Assembly (NCBI GenBank): GCA_028534125.1
Contig: CM052818.1
Coordinates: 47,556,001 to 47,620,000, forward strand
DNA: 64,000 nt
Direction: 5' to 3'
From: Lama glama
Taxonomy: Eukaryota
Shown here: positions 1 through 12,600 of the stretch, piece by piece
Layout of the letters: every line of letters starts with the position of its first letter
Position numbering within the stretch: position 1 is the first letter of the stretch
The notes under the pieces: generated by a model
Told to the model about the DNA's origin: nothing
The model's database searches: none
What the model saw: the letters and a program-made list of their open reading frames with translations, nothing else
Translations under genes and position numbers: made by a program

Positions 1-2104
1 TCACCTGCAGTCAGCTGCCCCCTGTGGACTGGGGTGTCAAGGGTTACTGAGACACTCACACAAAACGTGTTACCATCACTCATTCAGTTCATGCCCTCTT
101 CTGGTCAACAGCGATACAAATGAGACAGAGACGAGCTGAAGGGCTGTGACTGCCAGTGGGCGATGGTGTTAAGGGGCGGGGAAGGAAGATCCTTCACGGG
201 GGATGTAGAGATAAGGACTCATAGCCAGGAACCAGGTCCCCTTTCCTGGTTTCCAAATCGCTCACATCAGCCTCGATGTGTGTGGCGTGCGTTCAGATAA
301 GCCTTCCCAAGTCCATTCTGCAAAGACATGGGTTGTAACTTAGCAAATATCAGATCATCAAAGGAAATTCACTGCACTCACAAATGCCATTACTTCATCG
401 TAGAAGGACAAAGGAAAATATGCAGGCGGGATGTCATTACTGCTTAATTTTACAGGTGAGGAAAAGGCGTCCAGGTAATTACATGGCGCATTCCAAATCA
501 TCGCCCTTTGAGAGAAAAACCAAATTATGGTCTCAACTCCACCGCTGGGTCCAGGGCTTCAGGCAGATGGGAGACGCAGAGGACACCTGCCCACAGTGGA
601 CAGAGTCCCTGCACGTTGTGCACAACGGTTCCCTTGGTGGGCAGCCCTGGGCAGGTGGGGCTGGGTCCCACGGCTCGGATGCTAAGCCTCAGGGGCAGGG
701 AAGCCACCTCTGTCCCTTGGAGGGAGACAGGGCAGGTGGCTCCCAAGACACCTTGGTCATCACAGAAGTTAAGGGAGCAATGCAGACCGTGCTGTTTCAC
801 TCAGTGTTTGAGGTTTTCTAAGAGGCTCCCATCTTGGCTTCTTGGACCACCTTCCATCATTTGTGGATAAGCCCTTTGTCCAGGACAGTTTAGGACCTCT
901 CAATTCTTCTTTCTCCCATGCCCTTGTCCATGGCACCCCTTCCAATAAATGGAAACACACACATGTTCCCGATAAATGGGGGCCTTGGCCACACTTCGGG
1001 GACTGCATTCAACTATCAGTACACAGTCATGATGGATGCAGAAATATTAAAGGGAATCCAACAAAAGCAATAGAAACTATTAGAGTTTAGTGTTTAATTT
1101 GAGGGTTATAATAGAGGAGGGTTTCCTGTGAATTATATTAGCTTCATTAGGTTAATGACATAATATTAACATGTTGTAGTGTCTCTAAATCTTTCTGCAG
1201 ATCCAAGCATGGAGGGAGTATGTTTAGTTCTCCTTGAACTTGGCAGTTTAATTCCAGATCAGGGGAGGTAGAAACAATCTCATGTCATTCAGAACCTCCC
1301 TCTCCACGGCTCCCAGGCTGTGTCCAAGTCCTAGGAGACTGTGATGTGCCCAGCATCTAGGTGGGCAGGGGGATGGGAGACAGGATGGTCATGCTGTCCA
1401 CTAGTTACTGAACTGCCGGTTCCCCAGGCTTCGGTCCAAGTCAGCACTGACATGACCTTTCCACCCCACCTGCGGGCTCTACTCAGGTCCAGAGTCCCTC
1501 TGCCGATTCAGCCCCAGGGCGGCGTGGACGTCTTTCCTCTGCACAGACCTGGGGGGGTCTGGTGCAGGTCTGCCCGCCTACCTCGTGGTCTGCCACCTCT
1601 TCCCGCTCAGACCAGAGGGCATGAGGCCCCCTGCGTCCTGTCCACACAAGCCCCGGCCTTGCTGCTTTTTTTGTTTTTTGTTTTGTTTTAGTTTGGTTTG
1701 GGTTTTTTTTTTTTTTTTTTGGCTCCATCCTTAAAGAAGACAACAGAGATTTTATTTTCCCCTTAGAAAGTTATCCTACGGTCTTTTACTCCTCATTTAA
1801 TTATCCTGTTTCAGGAATCCATCTTCAGAGTCTCCAGTGAGGGGAGGCGGTATGAGGAGGGGTCCTCATACTTGGCACGTTCTTGCCCAAATGTCTCTGC
1901 TAGGAATCCTTTCTGTTCCTCTAGAGACCTAGGACTTGAAAAGACCTGGAATAAAACATTTTCCCCTTCTGCTCGCAGGTGAAACTTCCTTCCTTGAGGC
2001 AGCTGAGGTCTGAGTGCCGCCAGAGACAAGCGTGGACGGGAAACACCACGGGATGGAATGAGCAAAGGAAAGCCCCAGGGGCATTTCCACGCGACACCCC
2101 GCCC

Positions 2105-2230
2105 TGGTGCTTACAGCACGTGGCAGTTCGCAAAGCGCTTAAACGGTTATTCTCATTTAATTTTTCAGGGACTCTCACGGCGTGAGCGCTGTTACCCTAT
2201 CTATAAGCGAGCAAGCGGAATGCTTAAGCC
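2105..2230 (-). mobile_element. MIR SINE fragment, unusually CpG-rich
   Basis: 'caaagcgcttaaacggttattctcatttaat...gttaccctatctataagcgagcaagcggaatgcttaag' follows the reverse MIR core (aagcgctttcaca..atctcatttaatcct..ccattttacagatgaggaaactgaggc). Confidence 0.5.
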
Positions 2231-2375
2231 TTTCATCCTCTCCATAGTGGTTATTAGATGACAGAGAATTTTTTAAAGAACAGGCAGGTTGTGAATCTGT
2301 GGCTGCACTAGATTGTGAGCAACTTGAATGCAAGGGCGGTGTCTTACTTACTTTGCCCTTTCTACATTATCTAGC

Positions 2376-2721
2376 TGTTTGGGGCTGAATTATGCCCCCC
2401 AAATTTATATGCTGAAGCCCCAGCCCTCAGAACCTTAGAATGTGACTGTGCTTGCAGGCAGGGTCTTTCAACTGGTAATTCAGGTACAGTGAGGCCACTG
2501 GGGTGGGCCTTAATCCAATGTGACCCATGTCCTTATAAGAACAGATTAGGGCACACACAGAGGGGTGACAATGTGAGGACCCTGGGAGAAAACGGCCATC
2601 TGCACACCATGGAGAGAGGCCTCAGGAGGGACCAACCCAGCCGACGCGTGAGCTCAGATGTGCAGCCTGGAGAACTGTGAGAAAGCCAATTCCTGTTGTG
2701 TAAGCCCCTTCATTCCCTAGC
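2376..2721 (+). mobile_element. MLT1A/B-type MaLR LTR inserted in an L2 3' tail
   Basis: Starts 'tgtttggggctgaattatgccccccaaatttatatgctgaagcc'; also 'gggtgggccttaatccaatgtgac' and 'cagcctggagaactgtgagaaagccaattcctgttgtgtaagcc'. Confidence 0.85.
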
Positions 2722-3099
2722 ACACCACTTCGGTCGATGTGTCCGTTGAACTACGGAATTACAGAGAAACGAGAACTACTTCGTTCCAGAAGGGCCTCCC
2801 ATTTTCTGGGCTCCTGCGAGGCTCTGGGCTGCAGACGTGGAAAAGGACCCTCCCAGCCCCTGAGGAGGCGCTGAGTCCTGGGCAGTGCACGCGGCTAGGT
2901 GACGGTCACACGTCAGAGAGGTGGGCTCGGTGAAGGATGCGCCCACAGTGTGGTCATCTGAAGGAAGAGTGACTGCTCGGTCTGGGTTTGCTGGGAAGAT
3001 TCGCCAGGTGGTCACTTTGTGCTGTTTACTGGCAGCTGAGGAGGACTTGTGAATGAATGATGTAAGAGCTTAAGGGAGTTTGAGGTTGTGACCCCGTAG

Positions 3100-3620
3100 A
3101 AATTGCTGCCGACTCCCCAACAAAAATCTAAATTCCTCAGGATGGCTCAAAAGACTCTCCATGGTTTAGCCCCTGCCTTCTACCCTAGTCATATCTTCCA
3201 CTCAGCCTCACACTTGGAGTCCCACCCTCCAGCTCCACTGGATTGCTTACAGCTTATCAGACACCCTAGGATGCCCCACGCCCTGGTCTTTGCTTGAGAT
3301 GCCTCTTCCCGAGGTAAAGTCCTCCCACGCGAGCTCTCCAACGAATAGCTTCTCAATTCCTTGAAATTTCAGAGGGAATTTGCCCTCTACATGGCATCTT
3401 TACATGTAACCCCGCATGGCATCAACTGCTCTCTCTTTGGTCTCCACTAGAGTTTGCACAGACAATTATGTGTAGCCCTCACGGCACTGTGTTCCCCTGA
3501 TTTATTTGTAGATCTGACTTCCCTTACTGTGTTGTAAGCCTCTTACCAATAGCAGTCATGGCTGACTCACGCTGTGTCAGCAGTGCCCTTAGGAGATGCT
3601 TAGTGTGTTTGTTGGCTGAA
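3100..3620 (+). mobile_element. L2 LINE 3' fragment
   Basis: 'aaaatctaaattcctcaggatggctcaaaagactctccatggtttagcccctgcc', ending in an L2-like tail 'gatgcttagtgtgtttgttggctgaa'. Confidence 0.7.
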
Positions 3621-3752
3621 CGTGTGTGAAAGACACCAGGCTTGCAAAGAACACCGCATCGAGGCAGCCGCTCATTTTATACGCAAGGCATGTGGACAGT
3701 TCGGGGTCAAGAGCTGGGGACTAATGCTTGAAAAGCAGCCTGGCCTCTTGCG

Positions 3753-3944
3753 CAGCGTTGCCAGACTCAGCAAACAAAACTACAGGATATCAGTTAAATC
3801 TGAGTTTCATACGAACAGCCGTTAATGCTTTTTGAGTATAAGGTGCCTCTTGCAATATGGGGGACATAGCTATGTCAACATTTTTCATTTTTTGGTCTGG
3901 AATTCAAATTTGACTCGTGTCCTATAGTCCACCTGGCGACCCTA
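3753..3944. mobile_element. MER53 palindromic hAT MITE
   Basis: Termini 'cagcgttgccaga'/'ctggcgacccta'; internal arms 'cagttaaatctgagtttca' and 'tggaattcaaatttgactcgtgtcct'; ~190 bp. Confidence 0.85.
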
Positions 3945-4985
3945 GTCGTGGGTCATGCAAAGAAGCTTACAGGGCCAGCTGGGTGTCACAGAAACAAAGA
4001 CTTTATTATTTGGCTCTAACAGAGCCCTAGGTTTGGACTATATCTCTTTTCCAAGTGACGGGTTGTACAAAGGTCTGGCTGCTTCCCTCCGTGTACTCTT
4101 AATTCCATAATCAGTGCGAGAGTCGGGTAAAGTGGAATTAACCTCAGAGACTAAGCAAGATTTTGCACAATGGACTCGTAAATGCATAAATGCTAGACAA
4201 CATGGAGAAAAGAGAGAAGAGGGTGGGGGGATTTAAAAAGGAAAAAAAAAAAAACAGCCAATATGGTCTTGGCCCTCATCAGAGATGCACACAGCTTTGG
4301 GGATATATTTCCAAAGCTGAAACTTGAAGGGAAATCACATGGATATTATGCCACCCTTCCCAGAATTTTAAGCAGAGGCCAAATGAATGTTTCCCCAGAA
4401 TCCCCTATCAATTGCAACTACTGACATTCACGTCGGTCTCGTGGCACCTGCTTCCACCAAATGCTAGTGTTTAACATTTCTCACAGTGTTTCTAAACTCG
4501 AATTTGCTCACTGCTACCAGCTAGGAACAGATGCATCCGAGAGAACCTGTCTGAAAGTGGGTGGCTTATTATGAACAACTTAGGGTCTATAAAAAAAATC
4601 CCAACAAGAGCTGGAAGAAAAAAATAAAAACTGCCAGAAGCTCTAAAAAATCTCTTCAGAAGAGAACAGAATAGTTATCTGGAAATTCTGCAAATATGGA
4701 AAGGAAACCTGTTTTAGCACCACTTTGCACTTTAGTATAATTTCCTAAAAGTTACCTCTAACTTGGGCTTTCTCACAGAATTGAGTCACTCCCCTCCCGG
4801 ATGGACTTTGCAAGGCCAGTAAAGAGATCTCCTAACATGAATCTAAGGGGGTGCCCTTAGAATGGATGGAACTCTTCATCATTTGCTTGGTTCTAACTAT
4901 CTGTGGACAGTGACATTAAACTTTCCATAGTTCTGTTGGTTTTGCAACATTGTTTTCCACATTCATTCCCCACGATGGAGTTTCC

Positions 4986-5285
4986 AGTCCATGTTGTCCA
5001 AAATGGTAGCCCTTAGACACGTGGGGCTAATGTGCACTTGACATGGGCTAGTTTGCACTGCAAAGAGCTGTACACGTGGAATACAAACCAGATACTGAAG
5101 ACTTAATTAGAAAGGAACATATGAGATCACTAATGACTTTTATATCAGCTACATGTTGGAGTGACAACATTTGGATAATTTGGTTAATAAACTACATTAC
5201 TAAAATGAATTTCATCTGTTTCTTTCTTTAATGGGACTACAAACAATTTTAATTATATTTTTGGTTTATCTATATGCCTCCCATT
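4986..5285. mobile_element. MER33/MER3-like hAT-Charlie DNA transposon
   Basis: 'gttgtccaaaatggtagcccttagacacgtggggctaatgtgcacttga' and 'taaaatgaatttcatctgtttc'. Confidence 0.7.
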
Positions 5286-5809
5286 AAAATCCAAGACACT
5301 TTTTAAATCAAAGTCTAACAATTGTTTTAACTCATTGAAGAAACCATATAATACTCAAAGTTTTCCCCTTTGACATGGGCTCCAGGAATCTCTGGTGTCA
5401 AATCAAACTGTTTCAACATCAAGGAGGGAGCAAACCTGGAAGGAAATTTTGTGAGATTCTCATCAACAACTTAATCATTCAATAAGTAAAGGAGAAATTC
5501 AAAGGGCTATTTAAATTATACATTTGGACTGACCCGGTACATTGATTTGCATTCTTCCAGCTCAGAATCCTTAAACATTCTCCTAAAACTCATCAAGCAA
5601 CTTGTGCTCTTTATGAAGAGATTTTCATCTCAGCGAGGCAAGAGGACACAATTTCAGCATGTGTTAGAATTAACGTTGAACACACTGGTCACTGGTTTAT
5701 CCAAGGAACATTCCCTGAGCCTTCCCAGTACCCTTCAGGAGCCGGGTACTGACTGTGGTGGACACGGGGTGGAGGGTGGTGGCGGGGTCTGAATGAGACT
5801 GGTGAGGAA

Positions 5810-6130
5810 ACAGACAAGTGCATTGCTGCATGGGTGCTGGGATCATTGCATAGCCACGTGCAAAAGAATAAAGCTGGACCCATATCGCACACCATACAAG
5901 CACAAACTCAAAATGAGTCAAAGACATAAGTATAAGAATCAAATTAAAAAACTCATAGAAGAAAATAAAGGCATAAATTTTCATGACCTTGGATTAGACA
6001 ATGCGTTCCCAGATATGACACCAAAGCACTGGTAATGAAAAACAAAAAGAAAATTAATTGAACTTAAATAAAATTATAAACTTTTGGTCTTCAAAAGACT
6101 CTACCAAGAAAGTGACCAAACCCACCAACG
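5810..6130 (+). mobile_element. L1 ORF2 fragment (degenerate)
   Basis: Translation CWDHCIATCKRIKLDPYRTPYK...LIEENKGINFHDLGLDNAFPDMTPK matches the L1 ORF2 post-RT pattern (WCWENW..CRKLKLDP.LTPYTK...LEENLG..I.DIG.G.DF..KTPKA). Confidence 0.85.
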
Positions 6131-7883
6131 GGGACCATTTAGTGGCAGGTGCCTACTTCAGAGCTGCGTTCTCCTGTTCTCTCTGCTTTGGGTCACTGGC
6201 TCCAGCACCAGCAGGGACACTCCAGCCATAGCTACCTCATTGTCATGTAACTTGTTTGAAATAAAAATCAAAGATAACCCCGAAGGAGTAAGACCACAGC
6301 AGGAGGCACGTTCCAGGTGACCTGGAGGTTAACCCAGAGCGGAGGAAACTTTGGAGGGGGCTTTTGATCCCTTCTTCCTTCTGCATTTTAACTCCAGGCT
6401 GGAGGAAGCTGACGTCTGGGTAGGTGTGAGAGGTAAATGGATCCAAGTCACAGGTCACACCCTCCCCTGGACCAGCTCTAATTCTGAAAGTCTCAGGAGA
6501 CACCATGAAGGAAACGTGGGCCTGGGGAGCTTTGTCCCCACAGCTCGACCTCAGGCTCTTTAGGTAAGAATTATTGCAGGCTCCGTTTAGGGCACTGATT
6601 CAATGACAGACGGCCCCCAAGAACAGAGGCTCAGCCAGAACAGAATGTTCTTCTCTGCCAGACTGGCCCAGTCCCACAGACAGGCTGGGATCTGGGCAAC
6701 ATGGGCCAGAGGAGGCTGAACGGGCTGGCCCAGAAGGTGGCGTCTGCTTCTGGGGAGGGTGATTTCCGGAGAGAGGATCAGCGTGGCTGACTATAAGCAC
6801 ATGAAGGACAGGGCTGGGACCAGACCTACCAGCCTGGGGACCCCCTCCCCAAGCTCAGTTCCAACATCTGTAAAAAGAGATGATAATTCTGAGGTGGGAA
6901 CTCACCGACACATCTTGTTCAGGGAACTGCAGCCACCGTAACAAGGATGCTGATGATGAGGATATGACGGCCTCCCTCCATGGCCAGAATCTCAGGGCGG
7001 TCCCGGGCCTCGGAGCACTCTGAAGTTTGCTGCTTCACGGCCCTCATTTCATCTGAGCTTCATGACAGGCCCATGGGGAGGGCAGTGCAAGGGCTCTCCC
7101 TCTTTGCAGATAAAGCTGCATGATCCTCAAGACTGACAGAGCGGGTAGGTACTGAAGCCAGCCTATCACCTCGGTCAGCTCTGTCTCCCCCTAGGCGAGC
7201 ACCCTGGCTGGACCTCTGTGAAGAATCTGACCCATTTCTAAGGTTGCGTTAGGTGGAGTGAATGCTGGGGTCTTTTATATGCTTTCCAGCCAATAGGTGT
7301 CAGTCTGATTGCTTCTCCTTGAATAAGTAGGCACACGAATTTCATTGCACAAATTTTCTCAAAAGGGAAAAAATGTGCTCAAGTTCCTTCCTTTTTAGTT
7401 ACTCAATTTCCTTTGGATCTTTAGGTGTGATTGATGAGAAAATATAATTGCCAAATCAAGACCATCTATGAAAATCTTTAACATCTTTCTCATACTCCTC
7501 CCAGCCTGCTCCGCACCAAGGTCCCGGTTCATCAGAAGGACTGTGAAAGCCAGTGCCGGCCACGCACCTGGGCCTGCCCTCGGCTGGGGGACACCGGGCA
7601 GGTCCAGGACCCTGGGCCTCGGTGTCTGCACCTTAAATGAGAGGGGTGAGAGATTCGCGCAGTCCACGCTGGACGCTAACAAGAGGAAGTTACCCAGTTA
7701 ATTCGTACTGATTCTTTTATTACAGCCATCAGAAAACACTGCATGTGAACAACTCAAAGAAATACTCGAAGGAAACTGACAGATCCCTGGGTTGGAGCCC
7801 ATTGTGTACCTTCGGTGCAACGCAGAACGATGATTAGGTAACACACACTTCGATCATTTAAAATGAAAAGTATTTTGCATATC

Positions 7884-7993
7884 ATCTATAATCTACATAT
7901 ATATTTACACATTTATAAATAGAGTCCCAAACCCCATCTAGCCATATGTATGGGTATATATATACACACACATATACACACGCACATATATAT
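7884..7993. repeat. (TA/CA)n low-complexity tract
   Basis: Alternating tatata/cacaca runs. Confidence 0.7.
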
Positions 7994-8967
7994 GGCCCAC
8001 GGCGGAGTTCTAAGTGCTGCCAAAGAAAGGAAAAGTCACATTTCTTCTTTTTAAGGCCTCTGGTATCCTGGGCGACGAAACCCATCATGCGGACAGGAAT
8101 GGGTGGCCCGTCAAGCCCGAGAGCTGGGTTCACACCCCCGCCTGTTCTAGGTGAGTCGCCAGGTGAACCACCAGCCTCCCCACGTCACACCTGCTGAGAG
8201 CCCCGTCCCTGGACCCACCCACCAGGCAGTGCCTGTTTGTTCACTTGTTTTGTTTTGAAAGATTGATTTACTATTATTTTTTTCTTCTCAAGCCTTCAGC
8301 TTCTAGATTTGCCACCGCCAAGCCCACGCTACGCTCTGATTCCAACGACCACTTCGAACTGGCCACCAGCACCCCCTGGTGACCCTGTTTTTCTGGTCGC
8401 CCCTCACTCAGAGTCTGGGGTGGGAATCTTCCTCTCTGAACGTTCACCCTTCCTCTCCCCACTCCAGCACCTCCTCCCACCCCACCCCCACACAGCAGCC
8501 TGGGGCCGGCAAGCTGGTCTCCACATGCAGAGAAAATGGAAGCTATCAGGAATGCGCTCATATTCCTAGTTTTTCTTAACTATAATACAAACATAGTCAT
8601 ATCTACTCCTGTTTTATTATTCTTCTTCTTTTCATCAAAGAGGTTGCCCCTTCCTCCTCCTAAAACCCATCACTGCACCACCGGTTTGGCTTGTATGACT
8701 GGCTTCCTAATCTGATGTTTATACCACAGCGATTCCTCGTCTTTTACATGAAACCTTGCCCTCGCCACTGGATTTCTTCCCACTGGCTTCGATGCATATT
8801 TAACTCTCTTTCTTTAAGAAAACTCCTCACCCCCTCCAGCTGCCTTGTTCACACTCCCTGTCTGTCTTCTCACCTCCTTTTCTACATCAGGGTCACTGGG
8901 ACCTCAGGTGCCACCTTTCAGGACCTCTCAGGATCAGCTGACACTCTTGATCTGAACCTCTCTTATA

Positions 8968-9087
8968 GGTCCCAAAAGGCATGCGTCCCCAAAAGGCAGG
9001 CTGTGTCCCAAAAAGGCATGTTGAAGCTGACCGCCGTACCTGTGAAAGTCACGTTATTTGGAAACTGGGTCTTTGCAGGTAGAATCC
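8968..9087 (+). mobile_element. MLT1 LTR 5' fragment
   Basis: 'tgtcccaaaaaggcatgttgaagctgacc...gtcacgttatttggaaactgggtctttgcagg'. Confidence 0.65.
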
Positions 9088-9319
9088 TATGACCTGCATC
9101 CCCAGCCACCTCTGGCAGAATTCGTGGCTAAATCTCCCTGAGCACTTTGAACCTTCAGTTAGTGCACACTTGAGTCGACCTTGCATAATAATTCCTTTAT
9201 TCAAGGGAAGGCAGGGGTTGGTTATTTTTCAATCACAAACTTTCTCTTTCCCCAGCACAGCACCTAACACACAATAATTACTCGTGTTTGTTGAATGGGA
9301 AGGTAAGTAACTGTACAGG

Positions 9320-9510
9320 GTTTACTAAGTGCCCCAAGACATTACCTTTGAACTGTCTGACACTTCCGGCAGCACAACGAGGCGGGCACGGGGGCCAACC
9401 CCATTCTATAGGGGAGAAAACTGAGGCACCGAAAGCTTAAGTGACATGCTTATGGCCACTTACGTCAGTGGTCATTAAGAGGCTGACTACAGAATCCAGT
9501 CTCTGACCCC
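9320..9510 (-). mobile_element. MIR SINE
   Basis: 'ccccattctataggggagaaaactgaggcaccgaaagcttaagtgacatgc' is the MIR core. Confidence 0.75.
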
Positions 9511-10258
9511 AATAAATGAGTTTCTCAATAAAATTACTTACTTTTCAACAAAAGCTTTTTAAAAAATCAAACACAGAACAAAGGTCATTTCTTAGGACAT
9601 TTTTTATTTCTTTGTTAAACTTTAGAAAGTGAACAGCGATGCCACTAGACGTGAACACCCTGTCCTGCTTTTGTACATTTCAGCTCCACTGCTTGGTTGG
9701 ATGAGAACAGTCCCAAGGGAGCCCTGGCCTGGGTGCTTGTCACCCCTTCACGTTGTGGGCCATCACCCTTCAGAGAAAGCAAGGCTCTGCCTCCACCCTG
9801 ACACGCCGGGAAACCAGAGGAACAGGGTCAGATTCAACCCCGCGGGCTCCTGGGCGATGAGCATCTCCGTCCTCCCACTGTGCATCAGAAGTGAGGCTTC
9901 CTTCTCTCTCGGGCAGCATGAGAGGCGCAGGGAGGGGGCTGGGGATGATTTATTACCCGGGATGCAGTTTCTGCCGAAGCACTAGGAAGGCTGCGTCTGC
10001 GGGACCTGCAGCGCCAGCTCACACCGGCACACTGAGCGGAGAGGAGCACGTGAGTGATCGTTCTGATAATACTAAGCAGGCGTGTGCGATGTGGCTTTGC
10101 AGCATCTGCTATGAACAGCCTAAACAAAAGGAGCCTGAACCAGCTGTGTCTGCCTGCTTTTAGGAAGATGGAATGTGCCGATTTGGAGCCTTTTCGGCTA
10201 TCAGAGCACTGGCCCGATTCTGAATATCTCACGATCAAGTGGAAACGCCAGTGTGCTG

Positions 10259-10468
10259 CTTTTTTTTTTAATTGAAGTGTAGTCAGTTACAATGTGTCAA
10301 TGTCTGGTGTACAGCACAATGTCCCAGTCATGCATATGCATACATACATTTATTTTCATATTTTTTTCATTAATTACTACCAGATATTGAACATAGCTCC
10401 CTGTGCCATACAGGAGAAATTTGTTTACTTTTTATGCATTTTTATATATAGTGGCTAACACTTGCAAA
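10259..10468 (-). mobile_element. L1 3' end (artiodactyl/camelid-type), 5'-truncated
   Basis: Poly-T followed by 'aattgaagtgtagtcagttacaatgtgtcaatgtctggtgtacagcaca...gatattgaacatagctccctgtgccatacag'. Confidence 0.8.
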
Positions 10469-12027
10469 CAAGGTACCTGGATAAAATCAGTTATTCAAAA
10501 TACTGACCAGCTGTCTTGTCCCTCAAGATTTGATTTCAGGCTATCTCAGAGGAGGGTGAGAAAATCAGTGAATGTGTGGGGCCAGGATGAGAAACCACCA
10601 ACCAGACCCCAGCACCCACTGAACCAGCCTCTGATGTGGTAATTGAAATCTTCCACAACCTACCAAATAAATGATCCAGAACCTTGATCATTTCTCATGA
10701 TGAGTGACTCACTACCTCTCAAGGCAATGCATCCAACTTTGCAGCTGTGGTGTGGGAGAGTTCCGCTCCCTGAAGCAGAGGATTCAGAACTATTAAACAG
10801 GTTTCCTGTGTGCAGTAAGCCACCCCACTCAGGAAGCTGCCAGGGGCTCCCAGGCTTGCTCCCCAAAAGGAAGTATGACTCAGCAGAATTCAGGGGGGCA
10901 GGCAATGGGAAAGTTAATACTTAACCTTGTTTGTCAAAAATCTGTGATATAACATAAGAAGAATAAATACTTATGGAAGTCTGCTTGCTATGGGGAACAT
11001 GGTTTCCTAGACATCACTGCTCCATCTCACTCCCAGGCTGAGGGCAACTGGAAAAGAAAGCTGAGATGACCCCAAATTCAGGAATATTTTCCTGAACTGG
11101 AGCCCCATCTACATAAGCAGTGAGCTGGCAGACCTGGAAGTCTCGCTATTGAAACAGGAGGGGACACAGAGCAGTGCCCACAGTGGGCTGGGGACCACGT
11201 AGTCGATGAGGAGGAGAATGTTACGACTGGTCAGTGTGGATGGAGTGACCAGATGGCCCCACCTCCATCTCTGCACGTCCAGAGCCTTGGAAATGGAAAG
11301 CCCACACCCGACCTGGACACACCGTGTGGACGGAGTGACACTGAGCTGAGTGAGAAGTTCCCACCACTCAGCAGGGAAAGGAGGCTGAAATAAAAATTAA
11401 GTTCTGTTATGAGATCAAGGGAAGACAGCATCCTTGCTTACCTGAGAATGCAGGCCACCATCCCACCCAGCCACTTTTTCAGGGCGTGAAATCTGTTTTC
11501 CTGTCGACATTTCTGTCTTGTTCTCCCCGTTAGGGCCACTCAAAGTAAATCTTTCTTCTGTATGTTTCGTTCTGGCCAGTGGAAGACACAGCTGGTGTAT
11601 GTTCCTTTTCCTGATGAAACAGTCCCAGTCCCACCACACTCCACGTATCATGGTTGTGCCCACCCAGCCTAGGGACGCCAGGACGTGTGCACATTTCCCA
11701 TCACACGGGGTACTGAGTTATTACCCTCTGTTGCCCAAACCTGGCCCCTTCCATGATTTTTCTGCAAGCACAATTCGATCAATGCAGCTTGGAGCATCAG
11801 CTGTTCTAGGAATAGTTTTGAAGATAATTTAAAACAATAAACCAGGCAGAAACTTAATTGAGCCACTTACTATGTGCACGACCCAGTCTAGGTCTCACAG
11901 AGATAGTAAGGGTTACAGATGTGGTTCTGCCTAGAGATCTTATTGCACAGATTTTAGTAACTGATGGTTGGTCATGAAGCTCTCCTAAGAGCTATTTTAT
12001 TTTTATTTTGCTTTTTTATTTATTTGA

Positions 12028-12600
12028 TGTCAGGGTGAGGATAGGCTCTATAACAAAGATTCTTGTAAACCTATAGCTTACAGAGTAGAAGAGACTACCG
12101 TTCTCATCATGACATCCCTGATCCTTGCAGAACAAGACATCAGGGCACCATGTCCCTAAGGGTCCTTCATAGGAGCAGATTCTTTCCAAAGCTTTGCTCC
12201 TCCATTCTCTGCCTCTCTATCCCCTAAGGCAGGGGTCAGCACACGAGGTCTGCCATCTGTTTCTGGACATACAGTTTAGTTGGAACACAATCATTCGTTG
12301 CATATTGTCTATGACTTCTTTCTTGTGGCAACAACAGAATTGATTAGTTGCCACAGAAAACTACATCCCACAAAGTCTAAAATATTTGCTCCCTAGCCCT
12401 TTGCAGCAAAAGTTTGCTAATCCTTGCATTGTCAATGTCTTCATGGTTGAAGCCGGGTAACCACCCTATCTGGGTTCAGTTTGCACAAGCAGGAAGGTGG
12501 ACTGGAAAAGGCCCTCCCAGTGGGGCCAGGTGCAAACATGATGCACGTCACTTCCACACACACAGCGTGGTCACTTGGTAAAGCCAATCCCAGCGATCTC
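12028..12600 (-). mobile_element. Old MLT1 (J/K/L-like) LTR interrupted by MER58A
   Basis: Starts 'tgtcagggtgaggataggctctataacaaa' and resumes after the MER58A with 'gcacgtcacttccacacac...ggtcac'. Confidence 0.5.
12230..12426. mobile_element. MER58A hAT-Charlie
   Basis: 'caggggtcagca...ttggaacacaatcattcgttgcatattgtctatg...aaaatatttgct...aaaagtttgctaatccttg'. Confidence 0.85.

Noticed and set aside
12..30. CTCF-like motif (TCCACAGGGGGCAG on the minus strand)
   Set aside because: Several mismatches in the 5' half of the core; not supportable without ChIP or PWM scoring.
384..1090. Cluster of overlapping ORFs, possibly ERV internal sequence
   Set aside because: No gag, pol or env motifs in any frame; consistent with GC-rich non-coding DNA.
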